DNA of 59,654 nucleotides, filler included, from Sluysia triapertura (taxonomy: Eukaryota): assembly GCA_046118255.1 (NCBI GenBank). It is 5 parts of 5 records of this genome, joined end to end, with 100 filler letters (N's around TTAATTAATTAA, not from the genome) between each part and the next. Parts side by side here need not be neighbours in the genome. Positions count along the whole stretch, not along the records: positions 26,490 to 37,487 come from JBJNIA010190308.1; positions 37,588 to 48,705 come from JBJNIA010188676.1; 3 more parts are not named here. One strand, written 5' to 3'. This document shows positions 28,503 to 40,532 of this stretch, piece after piece. The position numbers and the translations under genes were made by a program. Numbering within the stretch: position 1 is the stretch's first letter; the number at the start of each line of letters is the position of its first letter. The notes beneath the pieces are model-generated. The model did no database searches. It had not been told where the DNA came from and saw only the letters and a list, made by a program, of their open reading frames with translations.

Positions 28503-28932
28503 TCAATAATGAATATCTTGACAGTATATTTTCAATTTCATATATAAAGGACCATAAAATAAATTTAAACAAGACAAAATGACACAGATAGTATTAAAGC
28601 CTATATATTTCAATAAAATTGGACCTAGTAATGATCCCGTTGTAGCGGTTAAAGCAATAAAAGTCATAATTAGTGCCGACATTAAACCAAATTGATTATC
28701 GTGATTTCTGTGCACTATTGTCATAAAAATGGGTGACATTAAAGTTTCGAAGAGTAATTCTTGCATCGAAATTATACAAAGTGGAAATGAGATTAGATAC
28801 CAAGTTTTCTGAATACAAGGAATAATGATAATTGCTATTCCATGTAAATACATTGACCAAAATAAAACAATGTGACGGTATGATGCCAAATGAATATTAA
28901 CGAAATGACCAACTATAAAACCACACAAATAT
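28503..28932 (-). CDS. MFS transporter, SLC18 (VAChT/VMAT)-like, last exon
   Basis: tacag acceptor. Phase-2 join with the upstream exon gives QQGIVWLLTLLG-YLCGFIVG. GSLLGPILLKYIGFNTICVILSCLNLFYGPL resembles the SLC18 TM11-12 motif (GP...IGF.....NxxYAP). Confidence 0.75.
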
Positions 28933-30635
28933 CTGTAATTACAAAGTATCTTTAAATTACAACTTAGTTAATCAATTGAAATATTGTATTCTATATTTAG
29001 ATAAATACTTATTTAAAGGTCATAATTACTATTTTAATTTACTAAATTTTAATTTATTCAACATTTTAGTATCTAAATATTATAATTGAAGTAATTCATT
29101 TTTATTTCAGTAACATTTCGCATAAGCTTATTTGTTTGTGTATAACCTAAGGAGATTATTATTATTATTATCACTATTATTATTATTGTTAGATATTTTC
29201 TAGATTATTGTAACTTTATATTTATCTTACTTACTTTCTGTTGATTGGTACAATTTAAATTCCTTGTTCTTAACTGCATATGTCTAATGTTTATTAATGT
29301 CTTACAAACGTATTGATCTGCAGGTTATTGTTCGCTCATCTCTGATCGAAGAGGAGATAGAAGTGCAATCATGTCTAACACGTTTGAACTCAAATTATTT
29401 CCTTTAATTTGAAATAAAATAAAAATAGGTTAAAATACAATATAAGTTAACTAAAAATTTATTTATTCAAATGGCAAAAATGTTTATGGACACAATTATA
29501 AAACAGTTTATCAAATATAAGACCAATTTAAATAAAAAATACAAATACTGAAAATATAATAACGGATACCATACGTAATTAGGTTATATTAACTTTAAGA
29601 TAAAATATTAAAATAAAATATGCTGATATTAATAAAACTGTTATTATTCACTGTTAAATCAAATATTAATTGTACCTAAGTTAACTTTATAAACTTTTAT
29701 AAACCTTTGTAAAACTTTGTGAATTAAATAATACTGCCCAAGGAATAACAAATAGTGCATAGTAAATCTTGCAGATTTGTAAAGCTTATAAACCTTGTAA
29801 ACCAAATATTGTTTCATGAGTACAAAATAATACATTGTAAACCAAGATTGTTTAATTACACTTGGTTTTTGTTATAGTGATAATGACTTCTTAATTTATA
29901 TAATATGCAAAATATAATTAACTAATTTTCTGAGTACACATGATATGTAATAAACTAATTTTTTTGTTTATGCAGTTTATCATACAATTAATTATTTTTT
30001 AGCTTTTTTATAATGAAAATAATTGCTATTAATTTATTTATCTCAATGTTAGCTTTTATAATGATAGGTCCATTATTTGTTCTATTAATTGTCAGCTTAA
30101 TTATTTTCATTTAAATTTTTTATTTAATTTTAATTTTCAAATAAATGTTATAAATTTTCTATATACACATCTTTTATTAATTTTTTAAACTCTGAACTCT
30201 TTTATATTCTAAGTTTTATAAGGTTCTATATTTCTTCCATGACGTGGAATCTTTGTCCCCAAAATAATTATAACAATAACACGAATAAACATTTACATAA
30301 AAAATAGTAATAAGATGTTTGTAATAACTATAGAAAACATTCACATAATAACACTAAATCAGAATAATATTTATATGATTTCAATTAGTTTATTACTCGA
30401 TGTTATCGTCTTTTAATAAATGAGTTCATAATTCGCATGGGAATTTTGTTTATATAACTTAAAAGTTTTTTAGTTGTGTGCGGCGATGATGTTTTCGATG
30501 GGATGGTGTAAGGGCTAAAGAGAAATTTGGTTGAAGTGCGTTTGGGATGTTTATTTTAAATTTTGGGGTCTGGTGTGAAATATTATCTGTACATTAGTTA
30601 ATTGAAATTTAAAGTAGTCTCTAAGCAATCATGCA

Positions 30636-30800
30636 TTACCCTATTACTTGTGTTCCGCACGTGGGACATTTTGGGTACTTAATATTATCGACGTTGTAGA
30701 GTTTAGACAGATATTTTTAATCACAACTGTAACCACAAAGTGAACATTTAACATAGTAATCTGCAAGTGATTCTAAACAAGTGGGACAAAGTATACTCAT
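30636..30800 (-). pseudogene. Stand-alone RING-finger ORF (54 codons, one internal TAA)
   Basis: MSILCPTCLESLADYYVKCSLCGYSCD*KYLSKLYNVDNIKYPKCPTCGTQVIG*. RING-type Cys spacing; TAC and TAT are each one transition from the expected His (CAC) and Cys (TGT). Confidence 0.65.
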
Positions 30801-31046
30801 AGTTTTAAAATTCGAGGAGAAAATTTGAATTTCAAACATTTTAGTAATTACATAAAAAGATAATAGTTTTTATATATATATGATGTGCCGACTACCCAGA
30901 AGCTGAGATCAGTGGGCTACAAACATCGAGATTATCATTATTATTATTCTAAAACTATATAATTAAACGATTATACATTATGTACTTATGAACAAAATAA
31001 AATAAAATGTTTATTTACAAATGCGTATCATTTTTATAAAGGTATT

Positions 31047-33977
31047 TTATGCGTTGCAGCAGATGATTAGAGGGTGTATAGTGTTAGACATGTAATAGGA
31101 TGTACCACTACATTTTGAAGAGCGCGGATTATATCCAGTCTGATAATTCAGGACGTAGGCCATCCTCATATAACTACAAAGGTATTTCCTATCTAAAATG
31201 TCGGCTTCATTAGAAATTAAATCTGTGGGTAATTCACGACCCTTTGCAACAACTCGAAACATCTAATTGTGTAAGGTGTGGCGGTGTCTCACATTTTGCC
31301 AAACATAAATTTTATCGAGATTTGGGTTACAAAATGTCATTAAACGCATTTGATTTCTTATGGCAGGTTTTTTGTGAATCGTCTTAGACCGAATAGAGAA
31401 TATTATGGAAATTATAGTCCATAAAAATTGTATGCTTATGGCTATTATTAATATTTTTATTAGATTAATAGGGTAAGTACATAGCTTGTCTTCTTTTAAA
31501 TAAGCTGGCTTTGGAGCGACGTTCATGATGTGGTTATGTGTGATAGTTGAGTTTAGAAAATTGCGGAGTGTCTAAATGTTAGATGTGGGTACTTGGCTTA
31601 CTGATCTCGAAATCGTAATTATATAATTATTTTTTGTATCATTATAGTAGAAAAACATATCATTATATCGTAATCTCCTTTCTAGTAGGAGCAATTAAAT
31701 TTTCGAAAGTTCTAGATCCTTGCATTCCGAATCTAAAGGTTCGTTGTTCCACTAAAATGGGTATCCAAATTGATATTTTGTAGTATATTTGCGCCTTTGA
31801 AATGTCCGATAATAATAAGTCAGTAAAATTTAATTTACTTAAACGGAATACCAATATTTTCAATACTTATCAAAATAAATTAAATTACCTCAAATTCTAT
31901 TAGTTTAGTAACGGTAACTGTTCAACCCCAGCAGAAGTTATATTCTTTAATTCAAATTAATAACAAAATCCAATGTTATAATAATTACAAAAATCAAAAA
32001 CAAATATCTAAAGTAAATCTCCGCTTTAACAATAATATAAATGAGTTAACTAGAAACGATAACAATTAAAAGAAAATTAACAATAACTTTAATAACAATA
32101 TTAAGTATACAATAACCAGTTCAAAAAGAAAAACCAGAGGTGACGCAAAAAAAATTAAGATTTGACAATAATAATGCAAAAAATCAAAATCAATTTTTTT
32201 AAAATAAATTTGGCAGAGTGTCTCCCACAATGTTAACTTAGAAATAGCTGAAAAATCAAATAATTAACTTAAAATAAAGCTAACTTATACTAAAATTGTC
32301 CTCCCTGTACAATAAAATTAAAAATAAAATCAAAATTAAAATAAAATTAAATTAAATTAAATTAATAAAAATTACCTAGAGCATGGAAATGAGCAGCATG
32401 AAGAAAATTTGAATTGTGGCTCTGTATTTGTGTTGTGTGCTAAAATTTTTAAAATTTTCATATTGTACTCTTTCATCATCAAATCAATCCTGAGTTTCAC
32501 AATCACACACTCTCTCATACAAATCATCAAAACCTCTTTGAGGATCATACCGACAATAACGACTTTGACAACTACATGGTACGGTCTGTCAAACTCCATT
32601 AGGTACAAAACACAAAAATTTGATTTATTATCAACCATCATTTTGTTTTACTCAAGTCAATATATTTTTACTTCAATTACTTCTCACATTAAAATAACAT
32701 TCAGCAATATTATTAACATACATAAAAATAATGAATTTAATTTCACTTTTCAGAATTTAATTCATTTTCAATTTTTCACAGCCAATTTTCTAAAGAAAAA
32801 TGTTTAAGGTTCTTATTCATTCCATAATTAAGAATTAATTAAAATTTGACTTTGCTCAATATTAAGACTTTCCTTGCATGAACTCGCTTAAACCATATCT
32901 TCATCGAAAGGTCTTTTATAGTATCTGTGTTTCCCACACATTTCCTGATTCACAGTTTGACAATCCCAACAGTATGTGATTTTCTACTACCACTTTTATT
33001 TTGGAGTTGGGACACTTAACGAGGACCACGAATGGTATAATAAACACGAAAGCTTTATGGAATCCGATGTAGGTTGGATTTGTTAATAGTTTGTTACTCT
33101 CTTAATCGTTTCATCCGTCTGTTGAAATTCACTTGTTTTAAGAGAGAACTTAATGAATTGTTGGTTGGTAATTTTATAAGCAAGATTGAAGATTAGTAAT
33201 AGATATATTTCATTGTCGATTAGGTCGTAGTTGCTTGAAATTGACCAATAATTTTGAATTAGGGATACTTACAGTTGTAAGGTTGAAATATTCTACAGAA
33301 ATCGTGATTCGCAAGGATAGGTTGGTATCGCGGTATGAGTATATTGTAATTTCGCGGGTTTTAAGTGAAAAGATTAAATCTTTTTTGGGAGTAAGTGCAC
33401 GTAATGATCGCAAATATCAGTAGATTTTGTACATTACATTCTGGAAAAGTAGAATGTGTAAGTGGTGGATTACCTGAATACGAGGCATTGAAATATTATT
33501 GGTTACTTGACAGTAAGAGGGAGGTAGATTTTCCAACTTTTTCAAATTAATGATAAAAGAATTGGCATCACAAATAAGAGAAAAAAATAAGGACTATCAT
33601 TGTCAAACTGAATAATGATTCGTGTAGTACTACTGAATTAGTAGTTATGTTTATGTTGTAATTGAAATAACGTAACATCCATAACGTAGCATCACTGTGC
33701 AATAACATGTTTATGCTTCATAATTATCGCATAAAATTGAAAACGGTTTGTGATGACATTGATTAAGTGTCGGTAACATGAAGATTAACTTGAAGCGTTA
33801 TTTTTTAGATGAATCGAGAGTAAATTCTTGTTAATTCTTTTAAATTTCGCAGGGTTTTCGATGTTCATAGTTCCAACAAATAAATAGCAATGACAATATT
33901 AAGACATCTTTTATGACTCTGGTGTTGACATAACTTGTGGTTCTATTACTTTGTATCGTGCATATTTTATCTTTCAT
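31047..33977 (-). pseudogene. Decayed env-position ORF: signal-like start, FN3-like repeats, C-terminal TM
   Basis: Start MKDK...VLILSLLFICW. Repeated motifs YFNYNINIT..FSLT, MYKIY..IFSLKT, LRPNRQ*NISIT..KFSLKT, YYKISIW. Many N-x-S/T sites. TM IKILIIAISIQFLWTIISIIFSI followed by basic RSKTIHKK. Interrupted by the insertion at 31919-32971. Confidence 0.5.
31919..32971 (-). mobile_element. Nested solo-LTR-like insertion (TGT...ACA)
   Basis: Begins tgttcaacccc, ends cccaaca. Flanks gtaac/gtatg could be a degenerate 5-bp TSD. Homologous to 16560-17862 with internal deletions. Confidence 0.55.
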
Positions 33978-33979
33978 TT

Positions 33980-35045
33980 AGATCAGAGGTTGTAGGAGAT
34001 TCTATAACAGCCATCTTACACCTTTTGGCATGTACAATTTTGGTTTTCTTAGATTTTTTATTCGATTTTGCTTCTAAATTAGAAGTGGTGGTATTTACGA
34101 CCTCATATGGACCCCTGAATAGTCTATTTAATTTGGGTGACTGTCCTTTTGATATACGGAATCATAAATTAAGACCTTATCGCCAATTCTGAAATTGTAA
34201 GGCTTAGTTTTTATCGTAATATTCTTTCATATTTTCTTGGTTATGTTTTATATTTTGACTAGCCTTAGTCCATGCTTCATTTAATTGGGATTTTAATATT
34301 GCCAAAAAATCAGGAGATTCCATCTACTGCGACTGTGATTCTGACCAATCCAAGTCGACTGGTATACTTCAATATCTACAATACATTAGATAAAAAGATG
34401 TTTCCTTTTAGTTGTATGTACTGCATTTCTGTATGCAAATAAACGCGGTTTTATGTATAGATCCTAATTTGTCTGCTAGAATTTGCTTAGGAATGTAACA
34501 CGTTTATTAGTGTTTTATTAAATCGCTCTATTAGTCCGTCAGTTTGTGGATGATACGGCTAATAATTCTAAAATATTGTGTAACAGAAGCTCATGTTTCG
34601 CTTAAAATTTTTTTCCTCTATCTGTGAGCAGTTTCTTGGGTGTTCCATAGCGATGTAATATTTCTTCGACAAGTAATTGTGCTACCGTTTCTGCTTTCTG
34701 ATTCTGAATAGGAAAAGCTTCAGTCCATCTTATTTGATAGTCTGAAAATATAAGTATGTATTATTTCCTCTGGATGTAGCTGGCAGTGGTCCTAAAATAT
34801 CCATTGCCGTTATTTCCATCGGACTTGTTGGTACTGGCATTGATTGTATATCGTTTCCGCTCCAGTTTTTTTCTTGACACGTATTACACCATTCTTTAAC
34901 ATCATTTCTTAATATTTTTATTCAATTCTTTTTAATGTTTTTGCCGCAGATAAATGTCGTCCTAATTGTCCGTCATGATATTGAATCATTAGAGCGAATT
35001 TTCTTGTGTCTGGTACTACAGTTCGAAATCCGTCTTTGGTCATAT
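33980..35045 (-). pseudogene. Ty3/gypsy integrase (frameshifted)
   Basis: HDGQLGRH..CNTCQ zinc domain, MDILGPLP, RYGTPKKLLTDRG, PYHPQTDGLIERFNKTL, FAYRNAVH and FRGPYEV (GPY/F) motifs. Confidence 0.93.
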
Positions 35046-35199
35046 ATTTTTATAGTTTCTGTTTTGCAGCTAATTCATCAGTTATTTCTTTATTGATAAT
35101 AAGATTTATTATAAATATTAACTTAATGTGTAATTGAACAAACATTGCAATAGAATAAAATAAAAAATATGCCATTTGTAAAAAAAGACTAAAAGGACT

Positions 35200-35660
35200 G
35201 CTACAAGAAGCTGCCATACTGCACTTCCTTCCTTCTTCACGTCTTGCGATCTTTTAGATTTATCCAGAGCGAGCGATGATTTTTCAAAAAAGATTTAACT
35301 TGCGGATTAGAGTTAAATTCTTCCAAAGATTTTCCATTTAAACAGATCGTCATAAAATCCGAAAGATCCAAAAAATCTTATTCATTGAACTAAAAGCTCG
35401 TTTAGCTTCAGTGCTTCTAACTGTGATTGTTTCAAAATGACCTTGGTTTTTTTCAGAATGATGGGAATTTCGATTTGGAATTTTCCAGTCAGTGCATTTT
35501 CTACTAAATTTCTAAAATCATTTATTTTAATTTCATTTTTCAAAATAAAATTCAAAGTTCTTATTCTCTTTTCTCCTTTGGTCGTGGACAGGTAACTTCT
35601 TCCATATTCTATGTTTCAGAATAACATACATTTAAAATGTTCTTCAAGAACAAGGGGCTC
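35200..35660 (-). mobile_element. hAT transposase C-terminal dimerisation-domain remnant
   Basis: TITVRSTEAKRAFSSMNKIF...ICLNGKSLEEFN...HRS matches the hAT TxPVSTAExERxFSxMN...IxLNGP motif. Confidence 0.65.
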
Positions 35661-35813
35661 GCAAATCATAGAATAATTTAACAAAAGGCTCTCGCGAGCT
35701 CCCTTATATTTTCATAAAAGTTATTAAAGTTTATTTAATGAATACTGAATAAATATTCATTAAAGTAACAAAAGAAAATAAAAATGGCATGTCATCATAA
35801 AACAATTTCTAAC

Positions 35814-36742
35814 CCTAATAACGTCAACAACCACACAATACCTTGTTGAGATTCAGTAGCATTGAATTGCATTTTCATATATCTTGGTAAAGAAGCCAAA
35901 AATATAAACAATGAAGTTAATAAACATGGTAATGATAATAAACAAATCATTACATGTGGATCTTTAAGTAGATTTAATAATTTATAAACTAAACTAGATT
36001 TTTTACTAACAAAAACCTCTTTTTCATTATTTATTGTATGCATATCACTTTTAGTAATAGAATTTTTATAAATCCACACGTGATCTAAATGTATTAGTAA
36101 TAGTATCAGAAAAATATTTATAGAAGTAAATGGTACTATGGTTAAAAATGCAACTTGTTGATTGTAATATTCGAACATATAACCGCTGTAAGCAGGTGAT
36201 ACAGAACAACCCAAACATAACATTAAACCAGCAAAACCAAATAATGAAGAGGATGATGATGATGATTTAGTTTGTTGAATATTACGATAAGATATAAATG
36301 CAGCTAAACCAGTATTAAGTGACGATGAAGATACAGCTTCTGAAATCCGCCCAATGAATAACAGTTTGTATCCATCACTTAATCCGTAAATAATTAACGT
36401 GATAGTTTGAAAGATTGCACCAATCAAAATTACATAATATGGACCAATATATTCAATTAATAATCCAAATAAAAATGAACAAAATACTTGTGCTAGATTT
36501 TTGCTAGCATATAAAATTGATAATTTACCGTATTGATATGATTTTGTTAAATTAAAACTATTGTCACTATTATTATTAAAGCTATTATTAATGGAAAAAT
36601 ATATTTCTATTAATTTCGGAAACACCGGTATTACAGAACTTGTTATAAAACCAATCATTGATTTACTAAAAAATATTATTAATATTATCAAGAAAAATTT
36701 TCCACTGAATTTCATTTTTGTCAAAAAAGTACTATAATGAAT
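35814..36742 (-). CDS. MFS transporter, SLC18 (VAChT/VMAT)-like, large exon
   Basis: Multi-TM ORF with VIPVFP, LYASKNLAQ, LIEYIG, YKLLFIGRISEAVSSS and LLKDPHVMIC, all SLC18-like. First ATG at 36715, acceptor-like ttttag ending at 36743, donor gg|gttaga at 35813. Confidence 0.8.
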
Positions 36743-37416
36743 CTAAAAATAAAACTATAAAATTGACCAATAGAAATGCAGAAAGACTGAGTGAAATTTA
36801 TATTGATTTTGTACATCTCTACTGTTAATATTACTTTTATATCTAGTAAGTGTATTTTAAGTTTTATGTTGACAATTTAAAAAATATTTAATAATATTGA
36901 TAACATTAAAATATAATTTCTTAATTAACACAAAATGAAATGCAAATCTTAATCAAAGATTTACCATAGTAAATATAATATCTTTTTGAATTTTTCAATT
37001 TTATATATTGTAATTAATTATTTAAAGAAAAACTGAAAATCTTCAAGACGAAATCTTAAATAGCTTTCAAAACCGAAAATGCATTGAAGTTATATCAAGA
37101 TGCATTAGAAATTTCTTCAGTATGTTTAGTAGGAAATGACTTATAAATCAGGAATTTTCGGACACTTGTTTCACAATGTTCTGGAAATGCAAGTTATGGA
37201 CTTCACATTTTGCTTAAGTCATTTTTCTTCAAAGAATTCTAAAATCCCTATTAACTTGAAATAAAATAACTGTAAAAACTAATGTATCGACAGTACATTA
37301 AACTGTCGGGTCATATAACCTAAAGAAATTCTTATGACAATAAGGATATTAATTAATGAAATAATAAATAATATCGGGGCAGGTCTTAAGCAGCCAATGA
37401 TAATAATAATAATAAT

Positions 37417-37457
<41 letters not shown>

Positions 37458-37487
37458 TAACAATTAAATGCAAAAGTTTAAATAATG

Positions 37488-37587
37488 NNNNNNNNNNNNN
37501 NNNNNNNNNNNNNNNNNNNNNNNNNNNNNNNTTAATTAATTAANNNNNNNNNNNNNNNNNNNNNNNNNNNNNNNNNNNNNNNNNNNN
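37488..37587. other. Artificial contig linker
   Basis: N44-TTAATTAATTAA-N44. Confidence 0.98.
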
Positions 37588-38100
37588 TTCTTCTTTGCTA
37601 TTATCATTTTTAGATTCAATACATGAATATTTGTTAAATGATTTGAGTTGATTTGTGAAAGAGAAATAAGTTTATAATGTTTTAAAAACCAATAAACGTT
37701 CTTTTAGTTATAACAGTTAAGTTATTTGGAACATGGTAATTTGGAAGATGGTTCAATGTCACCGTCAAATCCGTTTTATTCAAAATTGAAAATGACTTTG
37801 AAAATGTGGTACCAATCACTAAAGCATATTTAAATACAATTAAAGAAATTGTCTTTAAGTCAAATTTGACTTTCAGTATCGAAAAGTTAGACGTAAATTA
37901 GAAAAATTATTACAGAAAAAGAAAATCGCGTGGAAAAAAGTGAAATGTGAACGAAAACGACAGAATCATGATTCGAAATCAGATTTATTTTCATACAAAA
38001 GTTATTTTAGTTTTAAATATATCAAATAATAATAATAAATAAAAATTTACTTAGTAAAATAAAAATCAATATTTTACTAAATTATCATACATTATTTAAA

Positions 38101-39077
38101 ATGAGACGAAGATATTTAAAGAGTATTTCAATTGTAGCTCCCTATAACACTGAAATAAACTTTTTAATCAATTCCATATTTTCCGTGCATCTACGGCTTT
38201 CAGTTGGACTTTTGTATACTACAATGATGTATTTTAAAGCTTGTTATTATTGAAGAACATCTGTTTTTTAAGAAAATTATCTTATGATTTTAATAATGTT
38301 TACGATATGTATAAAGAAGATCATGTTATTATATACGAAGTTTACTGTTATGATTCCTTTTTGCTAGCGTTGATGGGAATTATTAAAAGTAAATTGTTTG
38401 AAATTTATTGTATATGTTATGATTATACTTGTTTATTAAAATATCCATCGACGGTTTCATCACTTCAAGCTAGCTGTTACAAACTTTTCGACTATTTTTC
38501 GTGCAGTTTAACTGAAAATGATATAATTAACAATTATGTTGATAAAGATAAAGTAAAGTTCAACATTCGAGATAGCTTCAATAAAGAAAAATTATCGTAT
38601 TCTGTGAATATTATTAGAAACTCTAGACAATATATAGTGATTATGATTACGTTTTTCGCTATTTCTCTTTTGTTAAACATTGTAATTTTACTTTAACGTT
38701 TAATGCAAAATAAACAATTAATCAAAGAAACGGTGTGTTTAATAATGTTTACGTTATCACTTATACTATCGAATTTCAATAACTCTGTAAAGAATACCGA
38801 ATTGTCCTGTGTAGTACCGCTAGTTTTATTATTAATGTTGTTTATATCCTTTGTTTACTTGTTATATTTTATGTATAATACAATATCATACTTTGTTACC
38901 GTTTTAAATTCGTTAATTTTTACAGGCTTTAAGCCTATTTCGTTTATAGTTATAACATTAAAGTTATATTGTTTTTTCTTTATTAATGTTTTAAATTTTC
39001 TTGATGAAAGATTCAAAAAAAATAAAAATGTTAGTGATTTTTTAAAATTAAATTATTTATCGCCCACAATACAGTAG
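38101..39077 (+). pseudogene. Truncated class-B (Methuselah/adhesion-like) GPCR remnant
   Basis: ORFs 38241-38696 and 38703-39077 are in the same frame, split by one TAA. A Cys-rich ectodomain precedes 3-4 TM segments, with a Cys before TM3 (ELSCVV). Frameshift at the 5' end. Confidence 0.4.
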
Positions 39078-39224
39078 CCAACTAAATCAAATGTTGGTAA
39101 TTATAATTAGTATGATAGAAATGATGTTAATAATGAAATAATAATTAATAATTATAATTATAGTAATAATAATACTAATAATAAAATGAACAATAATAAT
39201 AATAATAATAAATAAAATGCATAA

Positions 39225-39520
39225 ATTTTCTGTAATACATGTGTCTATATCTTAACATATTTCTTCGTAAGTTCTGATATCTTATCTTTAAATAATTCTT
39301 TTGTAACATGTTCTGTATCTTTTCTTAACGGACTTATTAAATATATATATATATGCGCATAATTCTTTAAATACTTATTATTTTCCGTGAATATAATTTA
39401 TTTTATGACGAATTTGTGAATGTTTGCTTAAATCTTATTAAATAAGTGTGTTTCTTGAAGTTTCTGATTCTGTGAATTTTTCAGTGACTTTAAGAATCTT
39501 TACAATAATGTTTAATGTTA
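39225..39520 (-). mobile_element. Possible P-element/THAP9-type transposase C-terminal remnant
   Basis: IVKILKVTEKF...FKEL...KNYLKIRYQNLRR...RKFMHF resembles the P transposase tail. Heavily decayed. Confidence 0.3.
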
Positions 39521-39869
39521 GTGTAGTTAACTTGAAGTTGTTGGAAATTTGTGTTACAAATTGTTTGTTGAAGAAAATTTACGCATTTGGAATAAAAATG
39601 AAATTTCATAAAATGAGAAAAAGGAAGAATAATAATAAAACTGGAGAAAAGAGGAATTGTAAGGAAGATTTGGTGAAGTGAGAAGTGTTAAAACAAATTA
39701 TTGTTTTAAACTAAATTTAAAATGTACATTTAATGATTTTCGATGAAGATTTAATTATTTTGATGTTATACTGATTTTAATGTTGTCGAATTGTGAACTT
39801 AAAAGTGTTTTAATATATTTCCAATTTTGAGTTATAAGGTTGGCTACCACAAAAAATTCAACACTTAAA

Positions 39870-40250
39870 TGACAAACAAAACTCGTTTCAAAACATCTAT
39901 AGTTAAGTTATCTTTGTTATCTTTAACAGTTTTCTTATTTTGCTATTTCGATGCAGAAAAATTTTCCAACTTCAAAATATTAGTTTAATTATTAATTTTA
40001 TTACAATATTAACATCAAATCAAACTAAAATTTTAATTAACTTAATTTTGTTTTCTCCATTTTTAAAGCTTAGTCATTTTTTTCTATTTAAATCATCTCA
40101 AATTGATCCTGCCCAAATAGCTTGTAATTGTAGAATTGACAAACAAAACTCGTCACAAAACATCTGTAGTTAAATCATCTTTCTCATCTTTAACAGTTTT
40201 CTTATTTTGTTATTTCGATGGAGAAAAATGTTAATACCTTAAAAATATTA
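39870..40250. repeat. Direct repeat, ~113 bp x2, spacing 267 bp
   Basis: tgacaaacaaaactcgt...tttaacagttttcttattttg.tatttcgatg at 39870 and 40137. Confidence 0.9.
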
Positions 40251-40532
40251 ATATAATTATGAATACTTAAAAATTCACTTTTTATTGCTTTTGTATGTTG
40301 TCCCAATTCGGGCATAAAATTTTGCTGTGATTTTTCTAACATTTAATTTGCAGCAAAATATTTTTTAACAGAGTCCGGTTACAGTAAACGACTTACAACG
40401 TATAGTGGGCGTTCCTGTAACTTTAAGTTAATAATTTTCAACGTACCTTTGATATAATACTAGTGATGTTTTTATACACTTATTTAATTATTTCGATGTA
40501 CAAAATTATGTTAATCTTTCTTATAATTTATC

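Larger units (their letters stand above)
30230..35050 (-). mobile_element. Decayed Ty3/gypsy LTR retrotransposon, 3' part (integrase, extra ORFs, PPT-like end)
   Basis: Integrase at 33980-35045, co-oriented extra ORFs, then a purine-rich end ggggacaaa...ggaagaaa (30233-30260) typical of the pre-LTR region. The 3' LTR probably continues toward ~29150, boundary not resolved. Confidence 0.7.

Noticed and set aside
37279-37543. Ile-rich ORFs
   Set aside because: Microsatellite plus N-linker artefact.
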